Origin: Theionarchaea archaeon
Lineage (GTDB): Archaea > Methanobacteriota_B > Thermococci > Methanofastidiosales > SZ-28-30
Direction: 5' to 3'
DNA length: 64,000 nt
NCBI GenBank assembly: GCA_018992685.1
Contig: JACVGT010000014.1
Coordinates: 67,349 to 131,348, forward strand
Position 1 is the stretch's first letter. Each line of letters starts with the position of its first letter. The notes under the pieces are model-generated. The model worked only from the letters and a program-made list of their open reading frames with translations, had not been told where the DNA came from and ran no database searches. A program made the translations under genes and the position numbers. Below, in pieces: positions 29,128 to 38,872 of the stretch.

Positions 29128-31020
29128 TCAGCCCACAAAAATGGGTCTCTTTGAAAGCATCTTGGGCAAAGGAAGTGGCTTGAACGGCATACTCTCTGCC
29201 GTCTCGTTGACCTCTTTCGCCAGAGCATCCAGATTCATCTTCTCCTGTTTTCCCGTCTTCCTCACTCGCACCATGAACTGACCAGATTCGACTTCCTGGT
29301 CTCCGACGACCAGTATATAGGGAACCCATTCTTTTTCTCCATTCCGGATTCTCTTTCCCACACTCTCAGTTGTATCATCAATGTCCACCCGTACACATTG
29401 GTTCTCAAGCTGAGATGCAACCTCTTCACAGAATTTCAGATGCGCATCAGTTACAGGCACAAGTCTCACCTGAGTTGGTGATACCCACACAGGAAGCATG
29501 GGCTTCTTTCCTGCCTGTTGATCAAAATACGCCTTCTCCAGAAGTGCATACATTACCCGCTCAGTTGCTCCAGAAGGAGACAGGTGCATGAGAACAAAAT
29601 CCTTCTTTTTCCCATCCTGATCTATATAGCCCAGCCCATATCTCTGGGAATTCTCCACATCAATTTGATCAGTGGTCAGTGCACTTGCCTTGCTCAAAGC
29701 ATCGACAAAGTTCCATTCATACTTCAGTATGAAGTAGAAGAACTGTTTCTCCCACATTTCGATGAGGGCAGGCTTCCCCCATGTTCTCACCAGTCCAGCC
29801 ACGAACTCCTTGTTCTCACTATAGAAGTCCCTGGTTACTCTGATGGCAAATTCCAGGTCATCAGGCACTGTCAGTCCGAAGGATTCCTGAAGTTCCCAGG
29901 ACACCCTGAACCGAGTTTCCATCTCTTTCTTGGCCTGCTCAATGTCCTTGCAGAAGGCATGACAGTCAGGCATGGTGAAAGCTCTCAACCTCCTGAGTCC
30001 GGTCAGTTCTCCCCGCTGTTCAACTCTGAAACTGTATCTAGTTAATTCATATAGCTTGAGAGGGAGTTGCCTATAGGAGATACTCATGTCATGCGCCATG
30101 AGGAATTGACCAAAGCAGGCAGCAAAGCGCAGGAACACTCTCTTATTAGGAGTCTGTATAGTGTATTGACGTGCCGGAAACCTGTGCAGGTAGCTCTTCA
30201 GAGAAGGATGCTCAAAATCGTACATGATGGGAGCCTCGATCTCCATGGCACCGTATTCATTCATTTTCCTGTTGACTGTTTCCTCGATCATGCTCTTTAT
30301 GAACCTGCCTTTGGGATAATACCTGAGGTTTCCTGGATCAGACCCTGGCTCATAGTCCACGAGCTCTAGTCTTCTCATGAAGGTGACATGGGGAGGTTCC
30401 TGTGTCACTGCTCGTACCTTTGCCATTTCATACTGGCAGAACAATCTCAATCTCTCGTGGTTTGAGAAGTCAAATCCAAATAGACTCCCTCTATCAGATT
30501 CCAACTCATGCAGTTCCCCGTTGGTGTCAAGTATGTACCAGCGAGATTCCAGTTCCTTCTCCTTTTCTAGAGCTTCTGAAACTGTTTCCTTCTCCTCTTC
30601 CTCAGGGCCGAATTCTCTGGAAAGTTCAGAAAGGGGGTGGCCTTTGCACTTCACTGTGAATGCCTTATACCAGCCAAACGGAGCACGTTCAACCTCGAAT
30701 TCCTGTGCTCTCAACAGCTCCTCAGCATTTTTCAAAACAGTGAGGGCTGTACCCGGATTTCCTGGGGTCGATGTGAGATGAACGTAAGGGTAGAGCACAA
30801 TCCGTGTGGTTCCAACCTGTTCGGCAATATTCTTCACCTCGCTGACATAGCGAGTGGTTGTCGCCTCTGGATTCACTTCATCCTTTTTTTCCACAGCAGA
30901 GAATACAACAAGGCATTCCTCAATTGCTTTGTGCTTTTCTGCAGTGTCTTCGGCCTCCTTCATGGCCTTCTTCTTCACCTCAAATTCAACGAAATCCGAG
31001 TGTATAGCCAGTATTCTCAT
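29128..31020 (-). CDS. thrS: Threonyl-tRNA synthetase, archaeal type with DTD-like editing domain
   Basis: MRILAIHSD, YPYVHL, PFGWYKAF..CKGHPLSELSR, LRFAACFG, LRRLRAFTMPDCH. Confidence 0.97.
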   Translation of the reverse strand: MRILAIHSDFVEFEVKKKAMKEAEDTAEKHKAIEECLVVFSAVEKKDEVNPEATTTRYVSEVKNIAEQVGTTRIVLYPYVHLTSTPGNPGTALTVLKNAEELLRAQEFEVERAPFGWYKAFTVKCKGHPLSELSREFGPEEEEKETVSEALEKEKELESRWYILDTNGELHELESDRGSLFGFDFSNHERLRLFCQYEMAKVRAVTQEPPHVTFMRRLELVDYEPGSDPGNLRYYPKGRFIKSMIEETVNRKMNEYGAMEIEAPIMYDFEHPSLKSYLHRFPARQYTIQTPNKRVFLRFAACFGQFLMAHDMSISYRQLPLKLYELTRYSFRVEQRGELTGLRRLRAFTMPDCHAFCKDIEQAKKEMETRFRVSWELQESFGLTVPDDLEFAIRVTRDFYSENKEFVAGLVRTWGKPALIEMWEKQFFYFILKYEWNFVDALSKASALTTDQIDVENSQRYGLGYIDQDGKKKDFVLMHLSPSGATERVMYALLEKAYFDQQAGKKPMLPVWVSPTQVRLVPVTDAHLKFCEEVASQLENQCVRVDIDDTTESVGKRIRNGEKEWVPYILVVGDQEVESGQFMVRVRKTGKQEKMNLDALAKEVNETAESMPFKPLPLPKMLSKRPIFVG

Positions 31021-31193
31021 TTCAATACACCTTTTCTTAAGTTATGTAGGTAACTACCTAGTCTTATTTAAAGATAGTGGTAAAGACGTGTTCTCTCATG
31101 GTATCTTTCTTCTTTTGAAAAAGAGAACCTTCATCACTCTTGGTATTGTGCGCATCCTTAAGTAGACTGCTGACGACTTTTCACAGTGATACC

Positions 31194-32006
31194 ATGAACT
31201 CCGTTGGTACAATCATGGAGGAGGCAACAGCCTTCATATACAGCAACGGGACACCCCTTGAGATTGCAAGGCTCGACAGTATTCTCAAGAGAACGTCATC
31301 CACGGTCCTGAGAACTATTGAGGTCCTTCAAAATGACGACGGCGGGTTCCCCTACAATATGGAGTCCGGCAAGATATCCACCCTCAACACCACTGAGTTT
31401 GTGCTGGTGTGGCTTCATGATCTGGCTCTCCTGGATTCAGAAATGGGAAGAAAAGCATTCCGATTTATTCTGTCCATGCAGAGCCCTGATGGTACCTGGA
31501 ACGAAAAGGACGAAATCCTCCCATACAGTCCCCCTCCCTGGATGGTTCCCCACAACGAATATGCCATAGCCTTCACAACTGCCAATTCCGCTTTCTGGCT
31601 GGGAGTCAAGGGGCTGAAGACAGAACCCTTTTTCAGAGCATGTACGTTTCTTACGTCGTCTCAGAACGAATCTGGCAAATTCCCTGGGTTCCTCCACACC
31701 ACCTGGATCAGCGCCTCGGTGTTGGCCTTGGAGAAAGATTGGACGTCTCCTCATGTAGTTAGAGCCATGTCCTACTTGGAGGGACTCTCACTGGAGCAGT
31801 GGGAAGCCTCTCAGATCAGCTGGATGCTGTGGTATTTCTCTCTGGCTGGCATTCCCGCGCACCTCCCTCTTCTCAGGAGTGCATTCACAGAGCTTCTCAC
31901 CCGGCAGAACGAAGACGGGAGCTTCACGGCTGAAGATGGTGATTCCTACTCTGTCAACACCACGCTTGAAGTAGTCAAGGTCATTCTAGCCAACACATCT
32001 CTATGA
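31194..32006 (+). CDS. Prenyltransferase/squalene-oxidase repeat (alpha6-alpha6) protein
   Basis: Four QW-type repeats QNDDGGF, QSPDGTW, QNESGKF, QNEDGSF; no DxDD seen. Confidence 0.8.
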   Translation: MNSVGTIMEEATAFIYSNGTPLEIARLDSILKRTSSTVLRTIEVLQNDDGGFPYNMESGKISTLNTTEFVLVWLHDLALLDSEMGRKAFRFILSMQSPDGTWNEKDEILPYSPPPWMVPHNEYAIAFTTANSAFWLGVKGLKTEPFFRACTFLTSSQNESGKFPGFLHTTWISASVLALEKDWTSPHVVRAMSYLEGLSLEQWEASQISWMLWYFSLAGIPAHLPLLRSAFTELLTRQNEDGSFTAEDGDSYSVNTTLEVVKVILANTSL

Positions 32007-32038
32007 GGTCTTCCACCTTCCCCACGTGATCGGTATAA

Positions 32039-33493
32039 CTAGCTAGAGTCTCCCCGCAGATCCACCACTCGCAGTGCTTTCCACTTCTCCACCAATTCAT
32101 CCTCTAAAACCAGGGTATCCACTGTCTTCACAGAGGGTGTAATCTCAAAGATATTCTTAATCCTGGAGATGATGAGCTTCTCGATGTCAGACTCCTTCCC
32201 CTTTTCTATGCCTGCTTTTATGATAACCTCATCAAGTGAATACGGGTCTTTGGGATCAGTCCTGGTGATAATTGCTTGGTAGACCTCAAGTCCGGGAATC
32301 TCTGAGAGGAGATCATCTACTGCATTCAGGTCAAGGTTGGTCCCCTTGACACGGGCAATATTGATCCTGGTGGAATATTCATGCATTCTTCCAATGGGGC
32401 TCATGATTCTGGGAGATGTTCTTCCACATTCACACTTCTCAGACACAATTCCGCGCTCAGCCACATCGTGAGTAAGAAATCGTAGAAACACTGTGCCTCT
32501 GAAATCGATGTGAGTGAACGCCAGGACTCCTCTCTCGCCTTCACCAACTGGTTCCAGTGTCTTTTCATCCAGAATCTCCCAGATATGCACATCGGGATGC
32601 AGATGGAACCCACTTCCTGGGGCGCATTCCACAAAGCTGGTCTTACACTCAGATGATCCATACCCTTCCAGCACGCGGCATTCTGCACCAACTGCTCCCA
32701 GATTGTCCAGTATTCGCTTCTTCATACCTTCTGGAAATCGCTCACCAGCACACAGCACGTTTTTCAGATTGTGGAACGAGATGTCATGACCCTCTTCCTT
32801 CATACGAACTGCTGCTTCTGAAAGGTGCTTGGTGTATGTTGGGACTCCTACCATATCAGTAACACCAAACTTGTCAATAATTAAGACTTGCTTGTCAGTC
32901 ATTCCAGCCCCAAACCGGATAGACAGGGCACCAATAGTATCAGAGGCTGCAACACACTGCCAGAATGCCATGTGCAGTCCAGCAGGGAAGGCGATATGGA
33001 AAATAGAGTCCTCTGTGCCCCCAATGGTAGTTCCAATCCGTGCTCCACATTCTGCAAAGATCTCTGAGTCCTTCTTGGTATAGAAGACGGGTGTAGGCAT
33101 ACCGGATGCCCGCCCCGATGATACCACAAACATGACAGGTTTAAATTCTTCCTTGAGTTCTGAGGTAACTCTCTGCATGCTCATCAGCTTATCATAGAAA
33201 GCAGCTCTCAACTTGGTGGAAGTGGGGAGGGTCTTCCTTAGGGTGACTTCAGTAGGCTGCAAAATGAAATCTTTTGGCTGTTCCATCAGGTTCTCCTTCT
33301 TGGTCAAGGGGATCTTGGTCAGGTCGCCAAGAGTTCGGATGTCGCTGGGAGACAACCCGTTCTCTCTGAACAACTTTCTGTAAAAGGGACTGTGGTGATA
33401 TGCCAGTCTGACCATGTTGTGGAGTTTTCGCTCCTGCATTGATTTCATTGTTTCTTTGTCCATGGTCTCTATTTCCGGGTTCCAGAATTTCAT
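32039..33493 (-). CDS. Phenylacetate-CoA ligase-like AMP-forming ligase
   Basis: SPFYRKLF, SSGRASG, AGE, GYGSSE, FLRFLTHD, CECGRT. Confidence 0.88.
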   Translation of the reverse strand: MKFWNPEIETMDKETMKSMQERKLHNMVRLAYHHSPFYRKLFRENGLSPSDIRTLGDLTKIPLTKKENLMEQPKDFILQPTEVTLRKTLPTSTKLRAAFYDKLMSMQRVTSELKEEFKPVMFVVSSGRASGMPTPVFYTKKDSEIFAECGARIGTTIGGTEDSIFHIAFPAGLHMAFWQCVAASDTIGALSIRFGAGMTDKQVLIIDKFGVTDMVGVPTYTKHLSEAAVRMKEEGHDISFHNLKNVLCAGERFPEGMKKRILDNLGAVGAECRVLEGYGSSECKTSFVECAPGSGFHLHPDVHIWEILDEKTLEPVGEGERGVLAFTHIDFRGTVFLRFLTHDVAERGIVSEKCECGRTSPRIMSPIGRMHEYSTRINIARVKGTNLDLNAVDDLLSEIPGLEVYQAIITRTDPKDPYSLDEVIIKAGIEKGKESDIEKLIISRIKNIFEITPSVKTVDTLVLEDELVEKWKALRVVDLRGDSS

Positions 33494-33819
33494 ACCATTA
33501 GAATTATGCTATAGTATATAATGTTTGTGCTGCTGCGCCTTATGTACCTAAAGGCTCACCCTACAAGGAGAAGTTCCCTTTTTTTGACAGTAATCTGAGA
33601 TTCAGTTGCCCTCTCGGCGGGCATTGAAAAAGAAAAAGAAGAAAAAGGGGGTTTTCTTCTGCTACCGTTGCAGAGATCTGCAGGTTCTGCTTGAAATCCC
33701 TATCTCCTCCCCTTGGCTGTTAACGTACTGTTCTCATATAGGGAGTACCATCCTGTCTCCCCTGCCCTCTAACATGCCAGTCAGTCATGTTTATATATGT
33801 CAAGGTAGGCGTATCAGCA

Positions 33820-34974
33820 ATGGCTCTAGAGGAAAGAGAAACCTTCTCTATGATGGTGCGCATCATATGGATGCTCCTGTCGCACAAACATGCTTCCCTC
33901 AGATTCAGGAGGATATCCCCTCTGGTGAAAAAAGCACTGAATGAGTATGAAGAGAAGATGAATTCCCTGGCAAAGAGTCCTCACTGCTTGGGAAGCACTG
34001 CACTCATGAAGCACGGACTGCTCAAGGAAAGGTACTGGAGAGCAGGGATTCTTATGGCAGCAGCCACGTCTCTTCCTGTCCTGTATGAGACTGTTACTGA
34101 AGAAGAACTGGTTCAGGCGGTATGTGCCAAAGCTTCAGTGAGTACCAGCGCAAAGCTCCTGGACAACCTCAACGATATGGTCCACACATATGCTCAGGCA
34201 GTACATTCCTTATCTGGGTACGAATCTGCTCTTGCAAGAGGGAGCTACCATCCTGATGGCACCTCTGACGTAGCACGAGCTGAATCTTCTGCACACGAGA
34301 TTGCCTCGTGGGTGCACACCATCATGATGACCGTATGTGGGAACCCCCCATGTGCAAGAGACATTGAACTACTCATATCGGGGCAGATTGCTTCAATTCA
34401 GCACAAGAGAGGGGACTATCCCTCCATGCAAACGTATCTTTCCCAGGTATGCGAGCGCAGCATCGGAAATATGTGGATTGATGTTGATCTGACCTTTCTG
34501 CCTCAGGATAAGAGTTCTTCACTGAAAAAAGGAAATGACTATATTTTCAAGTCATATCTGCTGTATGACGATATTCAGGACATTAGAGAGGATATTAGGA
34601 CCAATTCGGTAAATTCAGCACTTATCATGGGAATGGAAAGGGGGTTACTCCGTGGGGAAGAAATCGTCCCCGAGAAGACTGAAGATATTATCCGTAACCT
34701 GGATGAAGCGGGGATTTTCTGGGACATCCTATCTCTTGGAGATCTCATTTTCCTGGAAGGGTTGGAAACTGTATCTCAATGTGGCAGTTCCATCGACAGG
34801 AAAGGATTGGCTGCCAGTCTCGGATTGATTAGGATGTTTAACTTGCGCAGGACACTCAAGAGGGAGAGAAGCATTCCTGTTCTCGGCGAGTTTCTGGCTG
34901 GCCGAAGAAGATTAGTCCAGGTGAGGGAGACCGTCCCTGACCGCATTCAGGATCTGGCAAACTGTGTCGCATAA
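33820..34974 (+). CDS. Class I isoprenoid-synthase-fold protein (terpene synthase/prenyltransferase-like)
   Basis: Asp-rich motifs KLLDNLND and LYDDIQDIRED, SGQ motif between; TTTATATA 30 nt upstream. Confidence 0.6.
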   Translation: MALEERETFSMMVRIIWMLLSHKHASLRFRRISPLVKKALNEYEEKMNSLAKSPHCLGSTALMKHGLLKERYWRAGILMAAATSLPVLYETVTEEELVQAVCAKASVSTSAKLLDNLNDMVHTYAQAVHSLSGYESALARGSYHPDGTSDVARAESSAHEIASWVHTIMMTVCGNPPCARDIELLISGQIASIQHKRGDYPSMQTYLSQVCERSIGNMWIDVDLTFLPQDKSSSLKKGNDYIFKSYLLYDDIQDIREDIRTNSVNSALIMGMERGLLRGEEIVPEKTEDIIRNLDEAGIFWDILSLGDLIFLEGLETVSQCGSSIDRKGLAASLGLIRMFNLRRTLKRERSIPVLGEFLAGRRRLVQVRETVPDRIQDLANCVA

Positions 34975-35019
34975 AGGTTTTGAGAAAGGGTTTTAATCCA
35001 TGTCGCCTTTTTCCCCCAC

Positions 35020-35250
35020 ATGGCAGAAGAAATTCGACGATTAATGGATCACACGTCTGCACGGATCTATGCCGGACTTGCGATTGCCTTTCTGGTTGTG
35101 TATACTACACTGGCGATTCATGAACATTTTACTGGAAGTGATGCCTGGACACTCTACTATCTGGGACTAGGATTTGGACTGTTCCTTCTCTTTTTTGTTG
35201 CTTCAGGCAGAACCATGAGACAGGCAATTGGTGGCCGCAAGACACGATAA
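35020..35250 (+). CDS. Small two-TM membrane protein
   Basis: Two hydrophobic helices; TTTTAA box upstream. Confidence 0.65.
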   Translation: MAEEIRRLMDHTSARIYAGLAIAFLVVYTTLAIHEHFTGSDAWTLYYLGLGFGLFLLFFVASGRTMRQAIGGRKTR

Positions 35251-35331
35251 TTCAACTCCTGACGTGGGTCCAGGGTGATCATGCCACTTGTGAGTCAATA
35301 CCATCTTAAGGAGTGGCAGCTAAGAATCTGC

Positions 35332-35511
35332 ATGCGTCAAGTCGTTGAGGTTACTGAGCAGCCGTGCACGCAGAAGGAAGGGGCTATCGTCAGGCGAATC
35401 ACGTATTCTGATGGAACGACAGAGGTCCGAGTTTCAGGTGACTGCTGGGGGTGTGACTACTTTTCAGTATGGATGAAATGTATAAAATACGAAAAAAGAG
35501 CTCATGAATGA
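35332..35511 (+). CDS. Small Cys-containing hypothetical protein
   Basis: PC...CWGC...C pattern. Confidence 0.45.
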   Translation: MRQVVEVTEQPCTQKEGAIVRRITYSDGTTEVRVSGDCWGCDYFSVWMKCIKYEKRAHE

Positions 35512-35936
35512 ATAATCTTTTCTACAATGTCTTCTGGAATGTATTCTCCATCTACAGTCGCCAGAACTGTTCCAGAAACACTGAGGGATTCACCTGGAGT
35601 CGTTATTACAATTTTTTTTGTTGGTACTGATTTAAATCCTTCAACGAGGATGATATCTGCTCTGGAAGACGCCAAGATTTCTTCTAGAGCAAATTCTTCA
35701 TGCGTGAGGTGATAGGTCAATCCAGGTGAGGTCAGCCACACCTCATCAGCCCCCGCTTCAGAGAAGGTGAACGTGTCTTTGCCTTTGTGGTCAAAGTCCC
35801 TGAACGAGAGTAGGTGGCCTGCATGCTTGATCACACATACCGTATACCCCCTGTCCTTCAACAGAGGGATAATCCGGGACAGGAGCAACGTCTTTCCGCT
35901 TTTTGAGGTTCCCACAATGGACACTACAATAGTCAT
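35502..35936 (-). CDS. mobB: Molybdopterin-guanine dinucleotide biosynthesis protein B
   Basis: GTSKSGKT, VIKH, DHKGKDT, LVEGFK. Confidence 0.92.
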   Translation of the reverse strand: MTIVVSIVGTSKSGKTLLLSRIIPLLKDRGYTVCVIKHAGHLLSFRDFDHKGKDTFTFSEAGADEVWLTSPGLTYHLTHEEFALEEILASSRADIILVEGFKSVPTKKIVITTPGESLSVSGTVLATVDGEYIPEDIVEKIIHS

Positions 35937-36535
35937 AGCAGTTCCTCCACCATCAGTTCTGCAGCCTGTAGGTCTGATAACATATTAATGTTTCTGAAAC
36001 TCAAGAGGTCAGGATCAAAGTCTCGCAGTTTTTCGAAGGGCACAAACCGGGGGAGAGGAAGATGTCTGACGAGGTCAAACAGCCGATTCTCGCGCTGACC
36101 GATGATAGCAGTACACGCCTCTCTGACATCATATGTCCGGTACACACAGCACAGGGGCTCGATGAACTCCCCTTCCCGGGGAAGACAGCAACTGTACCCT
36201 ATGGCATTCTCAAACAAGAATGTAATAACCTTGGGATTCAGGAATGGCATGTCACATCCTGTTACAAAGGTATATTCTGACTTTACCATTGAAAATCCAG
36301 CTTGAAACCCGGCCAGGGGACCAATTCCCGGAGTCATGTCCTCCACCACACGGTAACCAAAGGATTGGAGGTTGCAGCCTCCCGAAATGACGATCTCGTC
36401 CACACATGGGCGAATTGACTCGAGCACCCACTCAAGAAGCGATTTTCCGTTCAAAGGTAAGAGTGCTTTCTGTTCTTTTCTACAGCGAAGTGATTTCCCG
36501 CCTGCCAGAATGAGTGCAGCTCTCATTCCCCTCAC
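35933..36535 (-). CDS. mobA: Molybdenum cofactor guanylyltransferase
   Basis: LAGGKS, GPLAG, GCDMPF, EPLC, NIN. Confidence 0.92.
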   Translation of the reverse strand: MRGMRAALILAGGKSLRCRKEQKALLPLNGKSLLEWVLESIRPCVDEIVISGGCNLQSFGYRVVEDMTPGIGPLAGFQAGFSMVKSEYTFVTGCDMPFLNPKVITFLFENAIGYSCCLPREGEFIEPLCCVYRTYDVREACTAIIGQRENRLFDLVRHLPLPRFVPFEKLRDFDPDLLSFRNINMLSDLQAAELMVEELL

Positions 36536-36679
36536 ATGGAAATAGCATTAAAAAAAGGTTGCCGTTGATCAATGACAAGCCATACACGATACCTCCTTAG
36601 CCGTACGTCCGATTCACCGGAACACTTGTGCGATGTTTATCTTAACAACCTATAAATAGGAAAAAGAGCTCCCTATAAG

Positions 36680-37387
36680 ATGAGAAAAGTCCATGTGATC
36701 CGATTTGACACAATCCGTGGGAAGAGAACGGAAGCAGAAGAATGGGTAGTTTCAGAGAAAAAGTATCATCTAACAGCTGATGGCCGTGAGGTCTCAGTAA
36801 TCCCAGCCTCTCCCGGTATGGAAAAACAACTCGCCATTGGATACCTCGCAGGAAGGGGAATTGCCTTCGATTATGAATCAACAATTGTACATGGGAATAC
36901 CATCACGGTGGAGGTGCATGAGGACATCAATGAATATGTGGAGATTTCTCCTCGAAAGACACGTGCCCTGAGTAGTGGCTTACCGAAGATTCCCGCATCG
37001 CTCATTGTCCAGGCGGGTTCCCGACTCCAGAGGGATTCCGAAATCTGGAAAAAAACCAATGCAACTCATTCCGCTGCGCTGTTCCAGAAGAACGGAACTC
37101 TCATCCAGTTGATTGAAGATGTTGCACGGCGAAGCGCCTTTGATAAGGTCATTGGTCAGGCACTCCTGGACTCTCGTGATCTTTCTTCAACTTTTGCTGT
37201 CTTGAGCTGCCGAATCACAGAAGACGTAGTAATCAAAGCTGCAACCGTGGGAATTCCGATTGTAGCGTCTCTGTCAACGGTGATTGAACCTGCAGTCACA
37301 ACGGCTCACACTCTCGGTATAACACTGTTGGGATACAACCAGGAGGATCACGTAGTAGCCTTTGCACACCCTGAAAGGGTGCTCTGA
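36680..37387 (+). CDS. fdhD: FdhD/NarQ-family sulfurtransferase-like protein (degenerate motifs)
   Basis: SPG...LAIGYL, THSAAL, EDVARRSAFDKVIG, GITLLG, HPERV. Confidence 0.8.
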   Translation: MRKVHVIRFDTIRGKRTEAEEWVVSEKKYHLTADGREVSVIPASPGMEKQLAIGYLAGRGIAFDYESTIVHGNTITVEVHEDINEYVEISPRKTRALSSGLPKIPASLIVQAGSRLQRDSEIWKKTNATHSAALFQKNGTLIQLIEDVARRSAFDKVIGQALLDSRDLSSTFAVLSCRITEDVVIKAATVGIPIVASLSTVIEPAVTTAHTLGITLLGYNQEDHVVAFAHPERVL

Positions 37388-37490
37388 CCTGGAGAAGAGG
37401 GAATGCCATGTGATGAGGGCAGAGAATATTTTTCCCGTGCTCTCGGTACACGTTTTTATGTGGTGAGTCTCCTGATTACGTGGTGTAAAT

Positions 37491-37691
37491 ATGGCGGAAA
37501 AAGAACTGCTCCTCAAGATGGAACCTCAGATTCAGGCCAATAGGAGGAATTTACCCTTTCCCCGTCTTCTCGTGGAAGGGATTCTTCACACGGCACGTCC
37601 CCTGGCAGAAAAAGAGGCCATATTGGGGGAATTATTTGGAGTACCTGTCGAACAGGGTCAGCATACCTTGAAAGAGATTGCTGCAAGCTAA
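37491..37691 (+). CDS. Hypothetical small protein or gene fragment
   Basis: 66-aa ORF with a weak GGTG RBS; no motif recognised. Confidence 0.3.
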   Translation: MAEKELLLKMEPQIQANRRNLPFPRLLVEGILHTARPLAEKEAILGELFGVPVEQGQHTLKEIAAS

Positions 37692-37924
37692 TTCAGATCA
37701 CTCTTATTTCCTGAACTTTTTTTACTATATCTGGCAGTTCTCTGTGTTCTTAGTTTTCTATTGCATCTCTTCTTGCCTGCGGGAAGGAACAGGGGTCTCT
37801 AGCTTCTCTTCTGACTACCACGCCCTTTTCAGCCTTCACATTCACGCTATGGATTGTCACAGTAAGACATTTAAGGGTGTTTCACCATGGTAGGTGCATG
37901 ATGATTATACGGACAGGTGAGTGA

Positions 37925-38872
37925 ATGGAAGATATTGAAATGTACAAGAAAATGCTGGAAATCAGAATGTTTGAGGAGAAAGTGTATGACCTTTTCGCTC
38001 AGAACCTCATCCCAGGAACCATGCATCTGTACATGGGACAGGAGGCGGTGGCTGTGGGGGTATGCGCAGCCCTCACTCCCAATGATTTTATCACCTCCAC
38101 TCACCGGGGACACGGCCACTGTATTGCTAAGGGTGCCTCTCTCAAGAAGATGATGGCTGAAATTTTCGGAAAGAAAACAGGCTACTGCAAAGGAAAGGGG
38201 GGGAGCATGCACATAACAGATAAGAATATCGGCATGCTGGGAGCAAATGCAGTCGTGGGAGGCGCTATTCCCATCGCTGTTGGAGCTGGACTCTCCTGCA
38301 AACTGAAATACCCGGAACGGGTGACAGCATGCTTTTTTGGCGACGGGGCATCAAACCAGGGAACTTTCCATGAAGGGATAAACATGGCGTCAGTCTGGGA
38401 TCTTCCTGTGATCTTTGTGTGTGAAAACAACCTGTATGCCATGGGAACCCGGCAGTCTCTGGTGATGAACATCCAGGACATTTCACAGAGAGCAGCAGGA
38501 TACAAGATACCTGGAGTGACAGTTGACGGAAATGACGTCATGGCGGTACATGAAGAAGCACAAAGGGCAGTGGCCAGAGCCAGAAATGGGGAAGGGCCGA
38601 CGTTGCTTGAATGCAAGACGTACAGGCACAAGGGACATTCCCGGTTTGATCCCGCAAAGTACAGGCCTCCGGAAGAAGTTGCTGAGTGGATGGCCAGAGA
38701 CCCAATAGAATCCTTTAGAGACAAGCTTCTGGATAAGGGAATCCCGGAGGAGTTCTTACATAAAATTGAATCCACAGTAGAAGCTGAAATCGACGAAGCC
38801 GTCAAATTTGCTGAAGAGAGCCCTCTCCCCGAGCCTGAGGACGCACTTAAGGACGTGTGGGTGATAGAATGA
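37925..38872 (+). CDS. TPP-dependent pyruvate/acetoin dehydrogenase E1 alpha
   Basis: HLYMGQEA, THRGHGH, GKGGSMH, GDGASNQG...ENN, TYRHKGHS. Confidence 0.95.
   Translation: MEDIEMYKKMLEIRMFEEKVYDLFAQNLIPGTMHLYMGQEAVAVGVCAALTPNDFITSTHRGHGHCIAKGASLKKMMAEIFGKKTGYCKGKGGSMHITDKNIGMLGANAVVGGAIPIAVGAGLSCKLKYPERVTACFFGDGASNQGTFHEGINMASVWDLPVIFVCENNLYAMGTRQSLVMNIQDISQRAAGYKIPGVTVDGNDVMAVHEEAQRAVARARNGEGPTLLECKTYRHKGHSRFDPAKYRPPEEVAEWMARDPIESFRDKLLDKGIPEEFLHKIESTVEAEIDEAVKFAEESPLPEPEDALKDVWVIE

Noticed and set aside
31194-32006. Squalene-hopene cyclase call
   Set aside because: Single domain of about 270 aa with no DxDD motif
33625-33660. A-rich tract giving a poly-Lys ORF at 33606
   Set aside because: Low-complexity intergenic tract with no coding support
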